From: Virgisporangium ochraceum
GTDB taxonomy: Bacteria; Actinomycetota; Actinomycetes; Mycobacteriales; Micromonosporaceae
Assembly: GCF_016863655.1 (NCBI RefSeq)
Contig: NZ_BOPH01000050.1
Span: 25,665 to 57,664 of the forward strand
Reading direction: 5' to 3'
DNA length: 32,000 nucleotides
Position 1 is the stretch's first letter. The number at the start of each line of letters is the position of its first letter. The notes under the pieces are model-generated. The model was not told the DNA's origin, did no database searches, and saw only the letters and a program-made list of their open reading frames with translations. This document shows, piece by piece, positions 9,500 to 20,200 of this stretch. The position numbers and the translations under genes were made by a program.

Positions 9500-10348
9500 C
9501 TACGGGATCAGTTCGGTGCGCAGCTCGTGGCTGCCGTCGGGGAGCGGCGCCTCGTAGTAGAGGCGGTATCCACCGCCCGGCAGCGGCAGGACGTCGAGGT
9601 ACCGGACGGCCGCCACCGGTTCACCCTCGCTGCGCAGCGTGCCGTTTTCTGCTCTTGCGATTCCGGTGCGCTCGTCGAAGTTCTCCTCGGCGGTGGCCCG
9701 GCCGTCGTAGGCGGCCCGCCCGTCGGGCAGCACCGCGGTGACCCGGGCGCCACGGGCGTCCCACTGCCCCTCGCGACCGGCGAGCACGGTGCCGTGCCAG
9801 GTCCAGGCGAGACCGTCGTCGCTCGTGGCGTAGGCGGTGGTCATCCGGTCCTCGGCGTCGACGATGTCGAGCGGGTGGCAGCAGATCCAGGCGTGCCACG
9901 TGTCGTCGACGATCCGGACGACGGGGTCCTTCACGCCGAGGTCGGCGGAGCCGGAAAAGACCGTGCTCCTCTCCGCGGTCTCGAGGCTCGCGAGGTCGTC
10001 GGCGTCGAGGGCGTCGATCCACCAGTGCTTGGAGTTCGGCGTGGCGCAGCACACGTAGATGCGCCAGCCGCCGTCGGGCCGGCGCACCAACGCCGGCCGT
10101 TCCAGGGACTCCGCACCGAAACGATCCTTGTCCAGCGTTGCCACGGTGTGGAAGCGCACGCCGTCCACTGAAGAAGCCACGACCACGGCGGCGCCGCGCT
10201 GTTCGACGCGCCGTACGCGGTAGGCGAGAGCGATTCCTCCGTCGTGGAGGGCCGCGCTCGGGGCGCCGACCCACTGGCCGAAGCCCTGCCCGGGGGCGGG
10301 AACGACGACGGACGGGGTGGCGGAACCGGGAACGGGGAAGGTGGTCAT
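9500..10348 (-). CDS. five-bladed beta-propeller / GH43-like protein, function unknown
   Basis: [15 protein letters not shown]...[61 protein letters not shown]...[18 protein letters not shown]...[17 protein letters not shown]. Confidence 0.6.
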   Translation of the reverse strand: MTTFPVPGSATPSVVVPAPGQGFGQWVGAPSAALHDGGIALAYRVRRVEQRGAAVVVASSVDGVRFHTVATLDKDRFGAESLERPALVRRPDGGWRIYVCCATPNSKHWWIDALDADDLASLETAERSTVFSGSADLGVKDPVVRIVDDTWHAWICCHPLDIVDAEDRMTTAYATSDDGLAWTWHGTVLAGREGQWDARGARVTAVLPDGRAAYDGRATAEENFDERTGIARAENGTLRSEGEPVAAVRYLDVLPLPGGGYRLYYEAPLPDGSHELRTELIP

Positions 10349-10424
10349 ACGTGATCTTATCCGTTGTCCACAGATTCCTCAGCGGGGCAGCGATCTTCGA
10401 CGGGACGGCGGCACGCTGTTCGCC

Positions 10425-11270
10425 ATGCTGTCGGTGCCGTTCCTCGGATCCGTGGCGGTGACGGCCGGTCTCGTGACGCCGGCACGCCTGCGCGGGCCAC
10501 GCTTCCGGCGGTTGTTCCGCGGCGTGTACGTGGAACGGGCCACGGTCGTGGACCACTACACGCTGTGCCGCGCGGCCACCCTGCTGCTGCCGCCGGGCGC
10601 GGCGTTGAGCCACCGGTCGGCGGCGATGCTGCACAACGCGTTCGTGCTGGCCCGCGACCAGCCCGTGGAGGTCACCGCCGAGGCCGGGGTGCGTTCGCAG
10701 CCCGGGCTGCACGTCGTGCGCTCCCCGTTGGGGGCGGGCGACGTGGTGAGACGCGGCGGGCTGCCGGTCACGAGCCCGCTGCGGACGGCGTTCGACCTGG
10801 CGCGTCGCCGGGACCCGGTGACCGCGGTCGTCGGTGTGGACGCCCTGCTGAAGGTGCGGGCGGTGCACCCGGCCGCGCTCGCCGACTACATCGAGGAGCA
10901 CGCCGGCTGGCAGGGCACCAACGCCGCCCGGCGGGCGGTCGCGCTGGCCCGGCCGTACGTGGAGTCGCCGATGGAGACCCGGCTGCGGCTGATACCGGTG
11001 CTCGGCGGGCTGCCCGAACCGGTGGTGCAGTACGAGGTCTACGACGGGGTCGGACACCTGGTGGCCCGGCTCGACCTCGCATATCCGGAGCACCGGCTGG
11101 GACTCGAGTACGACGGCGACCACCACCGGGAACGGGACACGTTCCGGCGCGACGCCGTCCGTCTCAACCGCTTGAACCTGCTGGGCTGGACCGTGCTCCG
11201 CTTCACGGCGGACGACGTGCTACGCAATCCGGACAGAACGCTCGCGCACATCCGGGCAGCCCTCGCATGA
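10425..11270 (+). CDS. AbiEi-antitoxin-like wHTH region plus DUF559/VSR-like endonuclease-fold domain protein
   Basis: LFRGVYVERATVVDHYTLCRAATLLLPPGAALSHRSAAMLHNA...GLPVTSPLRTAFDLARR...RLDLAYPEHRLGLEYDGDHHRERDTFRRDAVRLNRLNLLGWTVLRFTADDVLRNPDRTLAHI; C-terminal D-x(n)-E-x-D pattern. Confidence 0.72.
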   Translation: MLSVPFLGSVAVTAGLVTPARLRGPRFRRLFRGVYVERATVVDHYTLCRAATLLLPPGAALSHRSAAMLHNAFVLARDQPVEVTAEAGVRSQPGLHVVRSPLGAGDVVRRGGLPVTSPLRTAFDLARRRDPVTAVVGVDALLKVRAVHPAALADYIEEHAGWQGTNAARRAVALARPYVESPMETRLRLIPVLGGLPEPVVQYEVYDGVGHLVARLDLAYPEHRLGLEYDGDHHRERDTFRRDAVRLNRLNLLGWTVLRFTADDVLRNPDRTLAHIRAALA

Positions 11271-11280
11271 TCGAAAGTGT

Positions 11281-11329
11281 TGGCGACTTTCTGCTGTCCG
11301 CGGTGGCCGGAGACAGCAGAAAGTCGCCA
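11281..11329. terminator. perfect 18-bp inverted repeat, bidirectional terminator candidate
   Basis: TGGCGACTTTCTGCTGTC (11281-11298) ... 13-nt spacer ... GACAGCAGAAAGTCGCCA (11312-11329), between convergent genes ending at 11270 and 11340. Confidence 0.8.
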
Positions 11330-11339
11330 CCACTGTGGA

Positions 11340-12164
11340 TCATGACTTGAAGAAGAGGCGCCTCGCGTTGCCGGCCAGGAAGAGGGCGCGGGCCTCGTCG
11401 TCCAGGCCGAGCTTGTCCAGGTGTTCGAGGCAGCGGGCGGGGCTGAGCATCGGCCAGTTCGAGCCGAACAGGACCCGCCCCCTCCCCCGTCCGCGCATGA
11501 AGTCGACCAGCTCCGGCGGGAGACGGTGCAGCGCGTAGGCGGAGGTGTCGACGTGGAAGTTCGGGTACTTGGCCGCCAGCGCCAGCACCTCGTGCATCCA
11601 TGGGTACCCGACGTGGCCGCCGACCACCACGAGGTCGGGGAAGTCGAGCAGCACCTCGTCGAGGTACGGGATCGGCCGTCCCGGTTCCGAGGGGAACAGC
11701 GGTCCGGTATGACCGATCTGCGTGCACAGCGGCACGCCGAGCTCGACGCATGCCACGTAGATCGGGTAGTACCGGCGGTCGTTCGGCGGCAGCTTCCACA
11801 GCCACGGAACGATCCTCACCCCGACGAACCCGAGCTCCGTTACTGCGTGGCGGATCTGGCGTGTGGCGGCGACCGGGTCGGTCAGGTCGACGGCCGCGAG
11901 GCCCGCGAAGCGGTCCGGATGCGCGTTCACCACCTCGGCGACCTCGTCGTTGGAGATGAGCGACCCGTTCGGCGCGTGCCAGGCCGAGAGCAACGCGGTC
12001 GTCACGCCGGCCTGGTCCATGGCGCCCAGGGTGGCCTCGACCGGAAGGGCGCGACCGACGGTGGGACCGGCGTTCTGCGTCCAGCGCAGCAGCGGCGCCA
12101 GCCATGGGACCTGGGTGAACCGCTCGGTCGGATGCTGTGCCCAGACGTCGACGATGTCGTCCAT
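11340..12164 (-). CDS. amidohydrolase family (metal-dependent TIM-barrel, ACMSD-like) protein
   Basis: FAGLAAVDLTDPVAATRQIRHAVTELGFVGVRIVPWLWKLPPNDRRYYPIYVACVELGVPLCTQIGHTGPLFPSEPGRPIPYLDEVLLDFPDLVVVGGHVGYPWMHEVLALAAKYPNFHVDTSAY...VLFGSNWPMLSP. Confidence 0.88.
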   Translation of the reverse strand: MDDIVDVWAQHPTERFTQVPWLAPLLRWTQNAGPTVGRALPVEATLGAMDQAGVTTALLSAWHAPNGSLISNDEVAEVVNAHPDRFAGLAAVDLTDPVAATRQIRHAVTELGFVGVRIVPWLWKLPPNDRRYYPIYVACVELGVPLCTQIGHTGPLFPSEPGRPIPYLDEVLLDFPDLVVVGGHVGYPWMHEVLALAAKYPNFHVDTSAYALHRLPPELVDFMRGRGRGRVLFGSNWPMLSPARCLEHLDKLGLDDEARALFLAGNARRLFFKS

Positions 12165-12170
12165 GAGAAC

Positions 12171-12192
12171 CTCACTTCACTAGTGAAGCGAG
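12171..12192. promoter_or_regulatory. palindromic operator candidate for MarR regulator
   Basis: CTCaCTTCACTAGTGAAGcGAG; perfect 14-bp core CTTCACTAGTGAAG at 12175-12188 in the divergent promoter region. Confidence 0.7.
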
Positions 12193-12235
12193 ACTAGAAA
12201 GCGGCGGGACCCCCGTCAAGCTCTGCAAGGATTGC

Positions 12236-12676
12236 GTGATGAGCGACGCCGAACCGGACCAGCGGGTGTTCCTCCTGCTCCAGCAGGCCGCACACCGGCT
12301 GCGGCTGTGGGCCGACCGGCGCAGCGTCGACCTCGCCGGAGTGACCACCGCGCAGACCGGCGCCCTGTTCGCGCTGCACGACGCGCCGAGGTCCACGCAA
12401 CGGGAGCTGGCCGCGGCGCTCGGGCAGCGGGAGTCCGCCGTCACGGCGATGGTGCGCCGGCTGCTCGACGCCGGGCTCGTCGAGCGTCACCCCAGCCCCG
12501 ACGACCACCGCGCCCACCAACTGGCCCTCACCGATTACGGGGTGGAAACCCTCGAAACCGTCAGGCCGTTGGTGGCCGAGTTCAACGCGATGCTGCGGCG
12601 GGTGCTCGGCGCCGACGGACCGCGCGCGCTCGCGGACGCCCTGCGGACCCTGCGCGACGCCGACGAGTTCCGATGA
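12236..12676 (+). CDS. MarR family transcriptional regulator
   Basis: LDLAGVTTAQTGALFALHDAPRSTQRELAAALGQRESAVTAMVRRLLDAGLVERHPSPDDHRAHQLALTDYG; GTG 12236 (or ATG 12239). Its TGA overlaps the ATG of the next gene (ATGA at 12673-12676). Confidence 0.93.
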   Translation: MMSDAEPDQRVFLLLQQAAHRLRLWADRRSVDLAGVTTAQTGALFALHDAPRSTQRELAAALGQRESAVTAMVRRLLDAGLVERHPSPDDHRAHQLALTDYGVETLETVRPLVAEFNAMLRRVLGADGPRALADALRTLRDADEFR

Positions 12677-14200
12677 CCCTGGTCGACGTCCTCCTGCGGG
12701 CGGCCGACGAGGCACCGGACCAGGTGGTCGTGCACGTCCACGCCGACGGCACCGAGACCACGGTGACGCACCGCCAGCTGCGCGACGACGCGCTGCGGGT
12801 CGCCGCCGGCCTGTCGGCCGTTCCGCGGGGCATGCCCGTGATCCTCCGGTTGGACCGGAGCGCGGACTTCCAGGCGGCGTTCTGGGGCGCGGTGTGCGCC
12901 GGCCTCGTGCCGGTTCCGCTGGCTCCCGGCGCCACCCACGTGGCGGCGGCACTCGACCATCCACCCGTGGTCACGGCGGCCGACCTGCCCGCGTTGCGGC
13001 GCAACGGTTCCACCGGCGTGCGCCGGCGGGCGGCGGACGACCTCGCGTTCCTGCAGTACTCCTCGGGCAGCACCGGCGACCCGCGCGGCGTCGAGGTGAC
13101 GCACGCCAACATCGTGGCGAACCTGTCGCAGTCCGTCGCGGCGGGTGGCTTCCGGTCATCCGACGTGATCGTCACCTGGTTGCCGTACCACCACGACATG
13201 GGGCTGATCGGCAGCCATCTCGTGCCGCTGTCCGTCCACATGAGACAGGTCGTGCTCAGCCCGGTGACGTTCGCGAAGCGGCCCGTCCGCTGGCTGGAGA
13301 CCGCGACCCGGCACCGCGCCACGGTACTGCCCGCGGTGAACTTCGCGCTGGCGCTGGTCGTGCGGCGGGTACCGGACTGGGACGCGTTCGACCTGAGCCC
13401 GGTGCGGTTGTGCGCGGTCGGCGCGGAGCCGATCGCACCGGCCGTGTGGCGGTCGTTCCTGGAGAAGGCGGCGGCCGCCGGGCTGAATCCGGCCGCGGTG
13501 CAGCCGGTGTACGGGTTGGCGGAGGCGACCCTCGGCGTCTGCGCGCCGCCGTTGGGAGAGGCGGCGGTACCGGTGGTGCTCGACCGCGCGGCGCTGGCGG
13601 AAGGCCGGGCCGAGCCCGCTTCCTCCGGTGTGGGGGCCGAGTTCATGGACGTCGGCCACCCGGTGCCGGGATGCACCGTGCGGATCGTCGACGACGCGCG
13701 CGCCGCCCTGCCCGACGACCGCGTCGGCCACATCGAGGTGCGCGGACCGAACGTGGCCCGCGGCTACCACCGCGACCCGGACGCCACGGCACGGTCCTTC
13801 GTGGACGGTTGGCTGCGCACCGGCGACCTCGGGTTCCTCCGGCGTGGACGGTTGTGCGTCACCGGCCGGGCCAAGGACGTGGTGTTCGTCAACGGAGCGA
13901 CGCTCCACGCGTCGGACCTGGAGGCGGTGGCCGCCGCCACCCCCGGCATGCCGGCGGGCACGTGTGCGGTCGTGGGGACACCCGACCCGGCCACCGGCGC
14001 CGACCGCGTCGTGGTGTTCGTGCCGCGCCACAGCCCGGTGGCGCGCGTCGCGGGCCGGATCGCCGCGGCGACCGGGCACTCCGACGTCCACGTCGTGCCG
14101 CTCGCCACGCTGCCGCGCACGACGAGCGGCAAGGTGCGCCGCGCACTCCTGCGCGCCCGGTTCGAGGCGGGCGAGTTCCCCGCGAAGCCCGACGCGGAGA
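12673..14200 (+). other. domain: fatty-acyl-AMP-ligase-like adenylation domain (loading)
   Basis: FLQYSSGSTGDPRGVEVTHANIVANL, TWLPYHHDMGLIG, GLAEATLGV, WLRTGDLGFLRRGRLCVTGRAKDVV; FAAL-type motifs. Confidence 0.8.
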
Positions 14201-17200
14201 GCACGGTCCGCCGCGCCTGGGGCAGGGCCCTGCGCCGGGACCCGGCGACCCTCGACGCGCACGACCGGTTCCTCGAGATCGGCGGCACGTCGCTCACGGC
14301 GATGCAGGTGCTGGCCGACCTCGAGGACGCGTACGGCGTCGAGCTCGACCCGCTCGTGCTCCGCGACCACGCGACGATCGCCCAGCTGGCCGGATACCTG
14401 GACGGCCACCGGCCGACCCCCGCGCGACCCACGACCGGCGCCGCGCCGGCAACGGGAACCGTGGCCGTCATCGGGATGGCGTGCCGGTTCCCCGGAGCCG
14501 ACACGCCCGAGCGCTTCTGGGACGCGCTGCTGGCCGGGTACGACGCCGTCGCCGACTCGACCCGCTGGGCCGGGTCCGGGTCGTTCCTCGACGATCCGGC
14601 GGCCTTCGACGCCGCGTTCTTCGGCCTCGACGCCGACGAGGCCGGGCACACCGATCCGCAGACCCGCATCCTCCTCGAAGTGGCGCACGAGGCGCTGGAA
14701 CGGGCCGGCTACGCCGGTCACCGCCGCCGCGGGGTACGGGTCGGTGTGTTCGCCGCGGCCGGCGAGAGCGGGTACGCCGACCTGCAGCGGCGGGCGGGCG
14801 TCTCCCCGCGGGCCGGGCTGATCGGCGGGCTGCGCACCCTCGTGGCCGCCCGCGTCGCCCACGCGCTCGACCTCGACGGGCCGGCGCTCGTCGTCGACAC
14901 CGCGTGCTCGTCGGCGCTCGTCGCCCTGCACCTGGCCCGGCTGAGCATCGCCGCCGGCGAATGCGACCTCGCCGTCGTCGGCGGGGTCAACCTGAACCTC
15001 ACCTCCGACGCCCACCGCGCGCTCGACGACGCGCGGGCCGTCTCGAAGACGGGGCGCTGCCGCGTGTTCAGCGCCGACGCCGACGGGATCGTGCCGGGCG
15101 AGGGCGCGGCGGCCCTGGTGCTCGCCGGTGCCGAGGCCGCCCGCCGGCGCGGAGATCCGGTGCTGGCGCTGGTACGCGGCAGCGCGGTCAACAACGACGG
15201 CCGCTCGCTCAGCGTCCTGACCCCGAACCCGCCGCGGCAGCAGGAGGTGATCGCCCGCGCGTACCGGGAGTCGGGGGTGGACCCGGCCCGGGTGTCCTAT
15301 GTGGAGGCCCACGGCACCGGCACGGTACTGGGCGACCCGATCGAGGTCCGGTCGCTGGCGCGGGCCCTGCCGCCCCGTCGCGACGGCCGGCCGCGGTGGC
15401 TGGGCTCGGTCAAGGCCAACCTCGGGCACCTGCTGAACGCGGCCGGCATGCCGGCGCTGGTCAAGGTCGTGCTGGCGCTGGGGCACCGGCGGCTTCCCCC
15501 GTCGCCGCACCACGACCCGGTCTCGACGCGGCTCGGCCTCGCCGGCGCGGGCCTCGCCGTGGTCGCCGGGCCCGTGGAGTGGACGGCCGACGGCCCGCTC
15601 GTCGCGGGCGTGAACGGGTTCGGCTTCGGCGGCACGAACGCCCACGTGATCCTGGAGGAACCGCCCACGGCACCGGTCTCCGCGCGGCGGCCGGGTCCCC
15701 ACCTGCTGACCCTGTCGGCCGGCAGCCCGCGCGCGCTCGACGAGGCGGTGGCCGCCCTACGCGCCCACGCCACCGCCCGGCCGGACCTCGGTGCCGGCGA
15801 CCTGTGCGCCAGCGCCGGCTCCGCGCGGGACCACGGCCGCCACCGCGTCTCGGTCGTGGTCGACGGCGACTCGGCCGCGGACGTGGCGGCCGCCCTGGCG
15901 ACCGCGACACCGGTGACGGCGGCCGGTTCCGCGCGGCTCGCGTTCGTCCTGCCCCCGACCGGGGGCGTCGGTGCGGCGCTGGCCCGTCGTCTCATGGCCG
16001 CCGGCATCCGCCCCGACACGGTGGTACGGGCCGGATCCGCCGTCGACGGGTCCGCGGTCGTCGTCGCGTTCGCCGGTGCGGCGCCGGGCGCCGCGGTGCC
16101 TGGCGACGGGCCGCGCGCCGCGGTGCCGGGCGCCCACGTGGTTCCCGCCGACGCCGACGGGCGGGCACTGCTCGCGCTCGCCGGCCGGCTGTGGGAGGTC
16201 GGCGTACCGCTGGACCGCACCGCGCTCGACGCCGGATCCACGCGCGTACCGGTGCCGACCTACCCGTTCCAGCGGCAGCGGTACTGGGTCGACCCGCCGC
16301 CGGCGCTGCACCGGCTCGACTGGCGGCCCGCCCCGCTGGCGGCCGGCGAGCCGCGACCCGTTCTGGTGCACCGGGTCGGCCCGTCCTCCACTGTGGACAG
16401 CGTCGGCAGCCTCGATGCCGAGGTCCGCGCGGCGGTCGCGGCCGTCCGCGGGCTGCTGGACCGGCGGACCGGCGCGGTCCTCGTGGTGACCGAGGACGTG
16501 TACGCCACCGGCGCACCCGGCGAGACGGTGCGACCGGCGCAGGCCGTGGCCGTCGGGCTGGCGCTGGCGCTGCCCGCGGAGGTACCCGGGCTCGGGGTGC
16601 GGGTCGTCGATCTGTCCACGGTGGACGGCGCCGACCGGCACGCCGCAGCGCTGGAGCGGGAGAGCACCGCGCCACCGGCGCCGGGCGCGGCCGAGGTCGT
16701 CGCGTGGCGCGGCGGTGAACGCCTGACCCGCGTGGCCGTACCGGTCGACGGTGCCGGTACCGGGCCGGTCGGCGGCGCCTATCTCGTCACGGGTGGCACG
16801 GGCGGCCTGGGCACCGCCCTGGCCCGGGACCTCGCCGCGAGCGGTCGGCCGACGGTCGTCCTCGTCGCCCGTGGCGCCACCCCGCCCGCGGACCTGCTCG
16901 CCGAGCTCCGGTCGCTCGGAGCCCGGGCCCACTACATCCCGTGCGATGTCGGCGATCCCGCTTCGGTCGAGGCGCTCGCCGCGGCCGTCGACGCGCTCGC
17001 GCCCACGCTGGACGCCGTGTTCCACGCGGCCGGCGTGCTCCGTCCGGGCAGCCTCGCCGCGCAGTCGGACGACGACCTCGCCGCGGTGCTGGCGCCCAAG
17101 GTGCGGGGAACCCACCTGCTCGCGGACGCCCTGCGCCCGCGCCGGTTCGTCTCGGTGTCGAGCGTCGTGACGCGCCGGCCCGGTCTCACGGGTGCCCTCG

Positions 17201-20200
17201 CCGGGTACGCCGCGGCCAACCACTTCCTGGCCGCCTCCGGCGCCGGCCGGGACGGTGCGGTGACGGTCCACCTGCCGCTGGTCGCCGACACCGGCATGGC
17301 CACGCCGGCGCTGACGGCGGCCCTCGCCGCGAAGGGCGTGCCCGTCGTCGACCGGGCCACCGCGGTGCGGGCGCTGCGGGCGGCCCTGACCGTCGACGGC
17401 GCGCACGAGCTGACGACCGTCGCCGAGGAACCGCCGCCGGAGCCCGGACCGCCACCCCCGGCCGGCCTGAAGGAGCTGCTGGAGCACCACGTCGGGCGGG
17501 AGCTGCGCACCGACGAGTCGCTGCTGCGACAGGGCATCGACTCTCTCACGGCGGTGGACCTCGTGAAGAAGCTGGAGCAGCGGCTCAACCGGGACCTGCC
17601 CACCACGCTGCTGTTCGAGTACGACACCATCGACGCGCTGGCCGGGTTCCTCGGCGAGGGCACGGCCCTCACGCCCGTGCAGCGCGCCTTCCACACGGCC
17701 GCCCGCATGTACCCGGACGTGCCCGCGTACGGCTACGTCCGGCAGACGCTCGACGGTCCGCTGGACGCCGCGCGGGTCGGCCGCGCGTTCGCGGTGCTGG
17801 CCGCGCGCCACCCGATGCTGCGGATGCGGCTCGTCGGCCCCGGGCCGCGGCAGGTGATCGCGCCACCGGCCACAGTGGACGTCGCACCGCCGTGGTTCAG
17901 CGAGGTGAGCCTGCGCACGACGCCGGAACAGCTCGACGAGGACCTGTGCAACCGGCCGATCGACCTCTTCCACGAGGCGCCGCTGCGCGCCGTGCTCGCC
18001 CGCGAGTCGTCCGGTCTCTCGCATCTCGTGATCGTCGGCCACCACGCCGCCGTCGACGGGTACAGCCTCCACCTGCTGTGCCAGGAGCTGTGGTCGATCT
18101 ACCGCGACGGCGCCGGCCCGGTGGCGCAGACCCCGTTCTCCGGGCTGCCGGTGACCCCGGCCTCCACAGTGGACACCGCGTACTGGCGGCGCGCGCTCGC
18201 CACCTACCCCGCCGGCCTCGCGCTGCCCTACGACGGAGACCCGTCCGCGGCACCGGCGCCGCCGCTGGTCACCCACCGGGTCGCGACCGACGCGGCGGCG
18301 CTGCGGGAAGCCGCCGCCGACGCCGGTGTCTCGCTGTTCCACCTCGTGCTCGCGTCGTACCTGCGGTGCCTCGCCACGTGGACGGGGCAGGAGCGGGTCG
18401 CGGTGACCGTCGCCCGGGCGGGCCGGGATGCCCGGGTGCCCGGGATCGGCGCGCTCATCGGTCCGCTCGCCGACGTGCTGCCGGTGGCGGTCGAGGTCGG
18501 CCCGGCCGACGACGTGCGCGCGGTGGCGGCCCGGGTGCGCGCGGCCTGGCTGGAGTCGGAGCGGCACGCATCGGTGTCCGGTGTGGACATCGGCCGCCTC
18601 GCGCCGGCCGGGGGCGCCGGGCTGCGGACGGCCGGGTTCAGCTTCGCCCGCTTCCCGGTGACCGTCGACACCGCCGGCCTGCCACCGGTGACCGCCACCG
18701 CGGCGGGCACCGGCTCGGCCGCCACCCGGCTGAGCCTGCTCGCGTGGGAGCTCGACGGGTCGCTGCACCTGTCGTGGACGTTCCCGCTCGCGTTGTTCCG
18801 CCGGGAGACCGTGGCGCGGCTCGCGACGGAGCACCTGGCCACGCTGACGGCCGCCGCGGGAGAGCACCCGGCCACGCTGACGGCCGCCGCGGGAGAGCGC
18901 CGGGCCGGGATCGTGCGCCGCGTCCTCGACCGCTGCGCCACCACGCCGGACGCCGTCGCCGTCGACCCGATGACGGGTCCGCCGCTCACCTACCGGGACC
19001 TCGACCGGGAATCCGGCCGCCTGGCCGCCGCGCTCGCGGCCCGCTCGGCCGGCGCGCGGGTCGGTCTGCTGACCCGGCCCGGCGTCGACACGGTCGTCGG
19101 CGTGCTGGGCGTGCTGCGGTCCGGCGCCGCGTACGTCCCGGTGGACGCCACCCACCCGCCCGGCCGCCTGCGCGACCAGCTCGACCGGGCCGGGGTCCGC
19201 CTGGTCGTGTGTCACGCGGCCACCGCCGACGCGGCGGCCGCGATCGGCCTGGAGCGGTTGGACCTGTCGGAGACCGGGGCGGCGACGTCCACTGTGGACG
19301 CCGAACCGGGTGACCTCGCGTACGTCATGTTCACCTCGGGGTCGACCGGCCGCCCCAAGGCTGTTCCGGTGACCCACACCGCGCTCGCCACCTACCTCGA
19401 CTGGGCCGTCGACACGTTCGGGTACGGGCCGGACGACCGGATGCTGCAGGTCGCACCGAGCTGTTTCGACGCCTCGGTGCGGCAGATCCTCGCGCCGCTG
19501 CTCGCCGGCGCGACGGTGGTTCCGGTCGACCGCGACCTGCTGCGCGACCCGGACGCGCTGCTCCGCCTCCTGGAACGCGGCCGGATCACGGTGTGGAGCT
19601 CGGTGCCGTCGCTGTGGGAACGGCTGCTCGCCGCCGCCGAACGACGGGCCGACCGGCCGGACCTGTCCGCACTGCGGTGGGTGCACGTCGGCGGCGAGCC
19701 GCTGGCGGTCGGCGCGGTGCGGCGCTGGTTCGACCTGTTCGGCGCGGGTGCACCGGTGACCAACCTGTACGGCCCGACCGAGACCACGATCAACGCGACG
19801 TACCACGTCGTCGCGCGGCGGCCGGCGGACGACGACCGCTCGGTCCCGATCGGACGGCCCGCCGCCGGTGCGCTCCTGCGGGTCGTGGACGACGACGGCC
19901 GCCCCGCCGACGAGGGCGAGCTGCTCATCGGCGGACCCGGCGTCAGCCCCGGCTACCTCGACGATCCCGAGCGCACGGCGGCCGCGTTCCGGTGGCGCGA
20001 CGGCCGGCGCTGGTACGTCAGCGGCGACGTGGTGCGGCGCCGCCCCGACGGCGTGCTGGAGTTCATCGGTCGCCGCGACGACCAGGTGAAGGTCCGCGGG
20101 CACCGGGTCGAACCCGGCGAGACCGAGGCGGTGCTGCGCGGTCACCCCGACGTCGAGCACGCGGCCGTCCTTCCCGACGGCACCCGGCTGGTCGCGTACG

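Noticed and set aside
7622-10171. 849-aa plus-strand ORF
   Set aside because: Antisense shadow of the Hsp70-like and GH43-like genes; no coherent motifs.
10425-11270. Possible type IV toxin-antitoxin (AbiEi/AbiEii) pair
   Set aside because: Only the AbiEi-like/DUF559 protein is present; no adjacent nucleotidyltransferase toxin. Such orphan proteins are common in actinobacteria.
12232-12672. N-terminal 147 aa of the listed 3550-aa ORF as part of the megasynthase
   Set aside because: This is an out-of-frame shadow of the MarR gene. The megasynthase FAAL sequence begins at MTLVDVLLRAADEAPDQ (12673), coupled by ATGA to MarR.
13156-15702. 848-aa minus-strand ORF opposite the megasynthase (and similarly 15757..21291, 1844 aa)
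   Set aside because: Low-complexity Arg/Gly/Ala/Pro/His-rich translations with no recognisable domains; typical antisense shadow ORFs in high-GC DNA.
16941-19313. 790-aa plus-strand ORF in an alternative frame
   Set aside because: Arg/Pro-rich frame-shifted shadow of KR-ACP-C-A coding sequence; the megasynthase frame explains the region.
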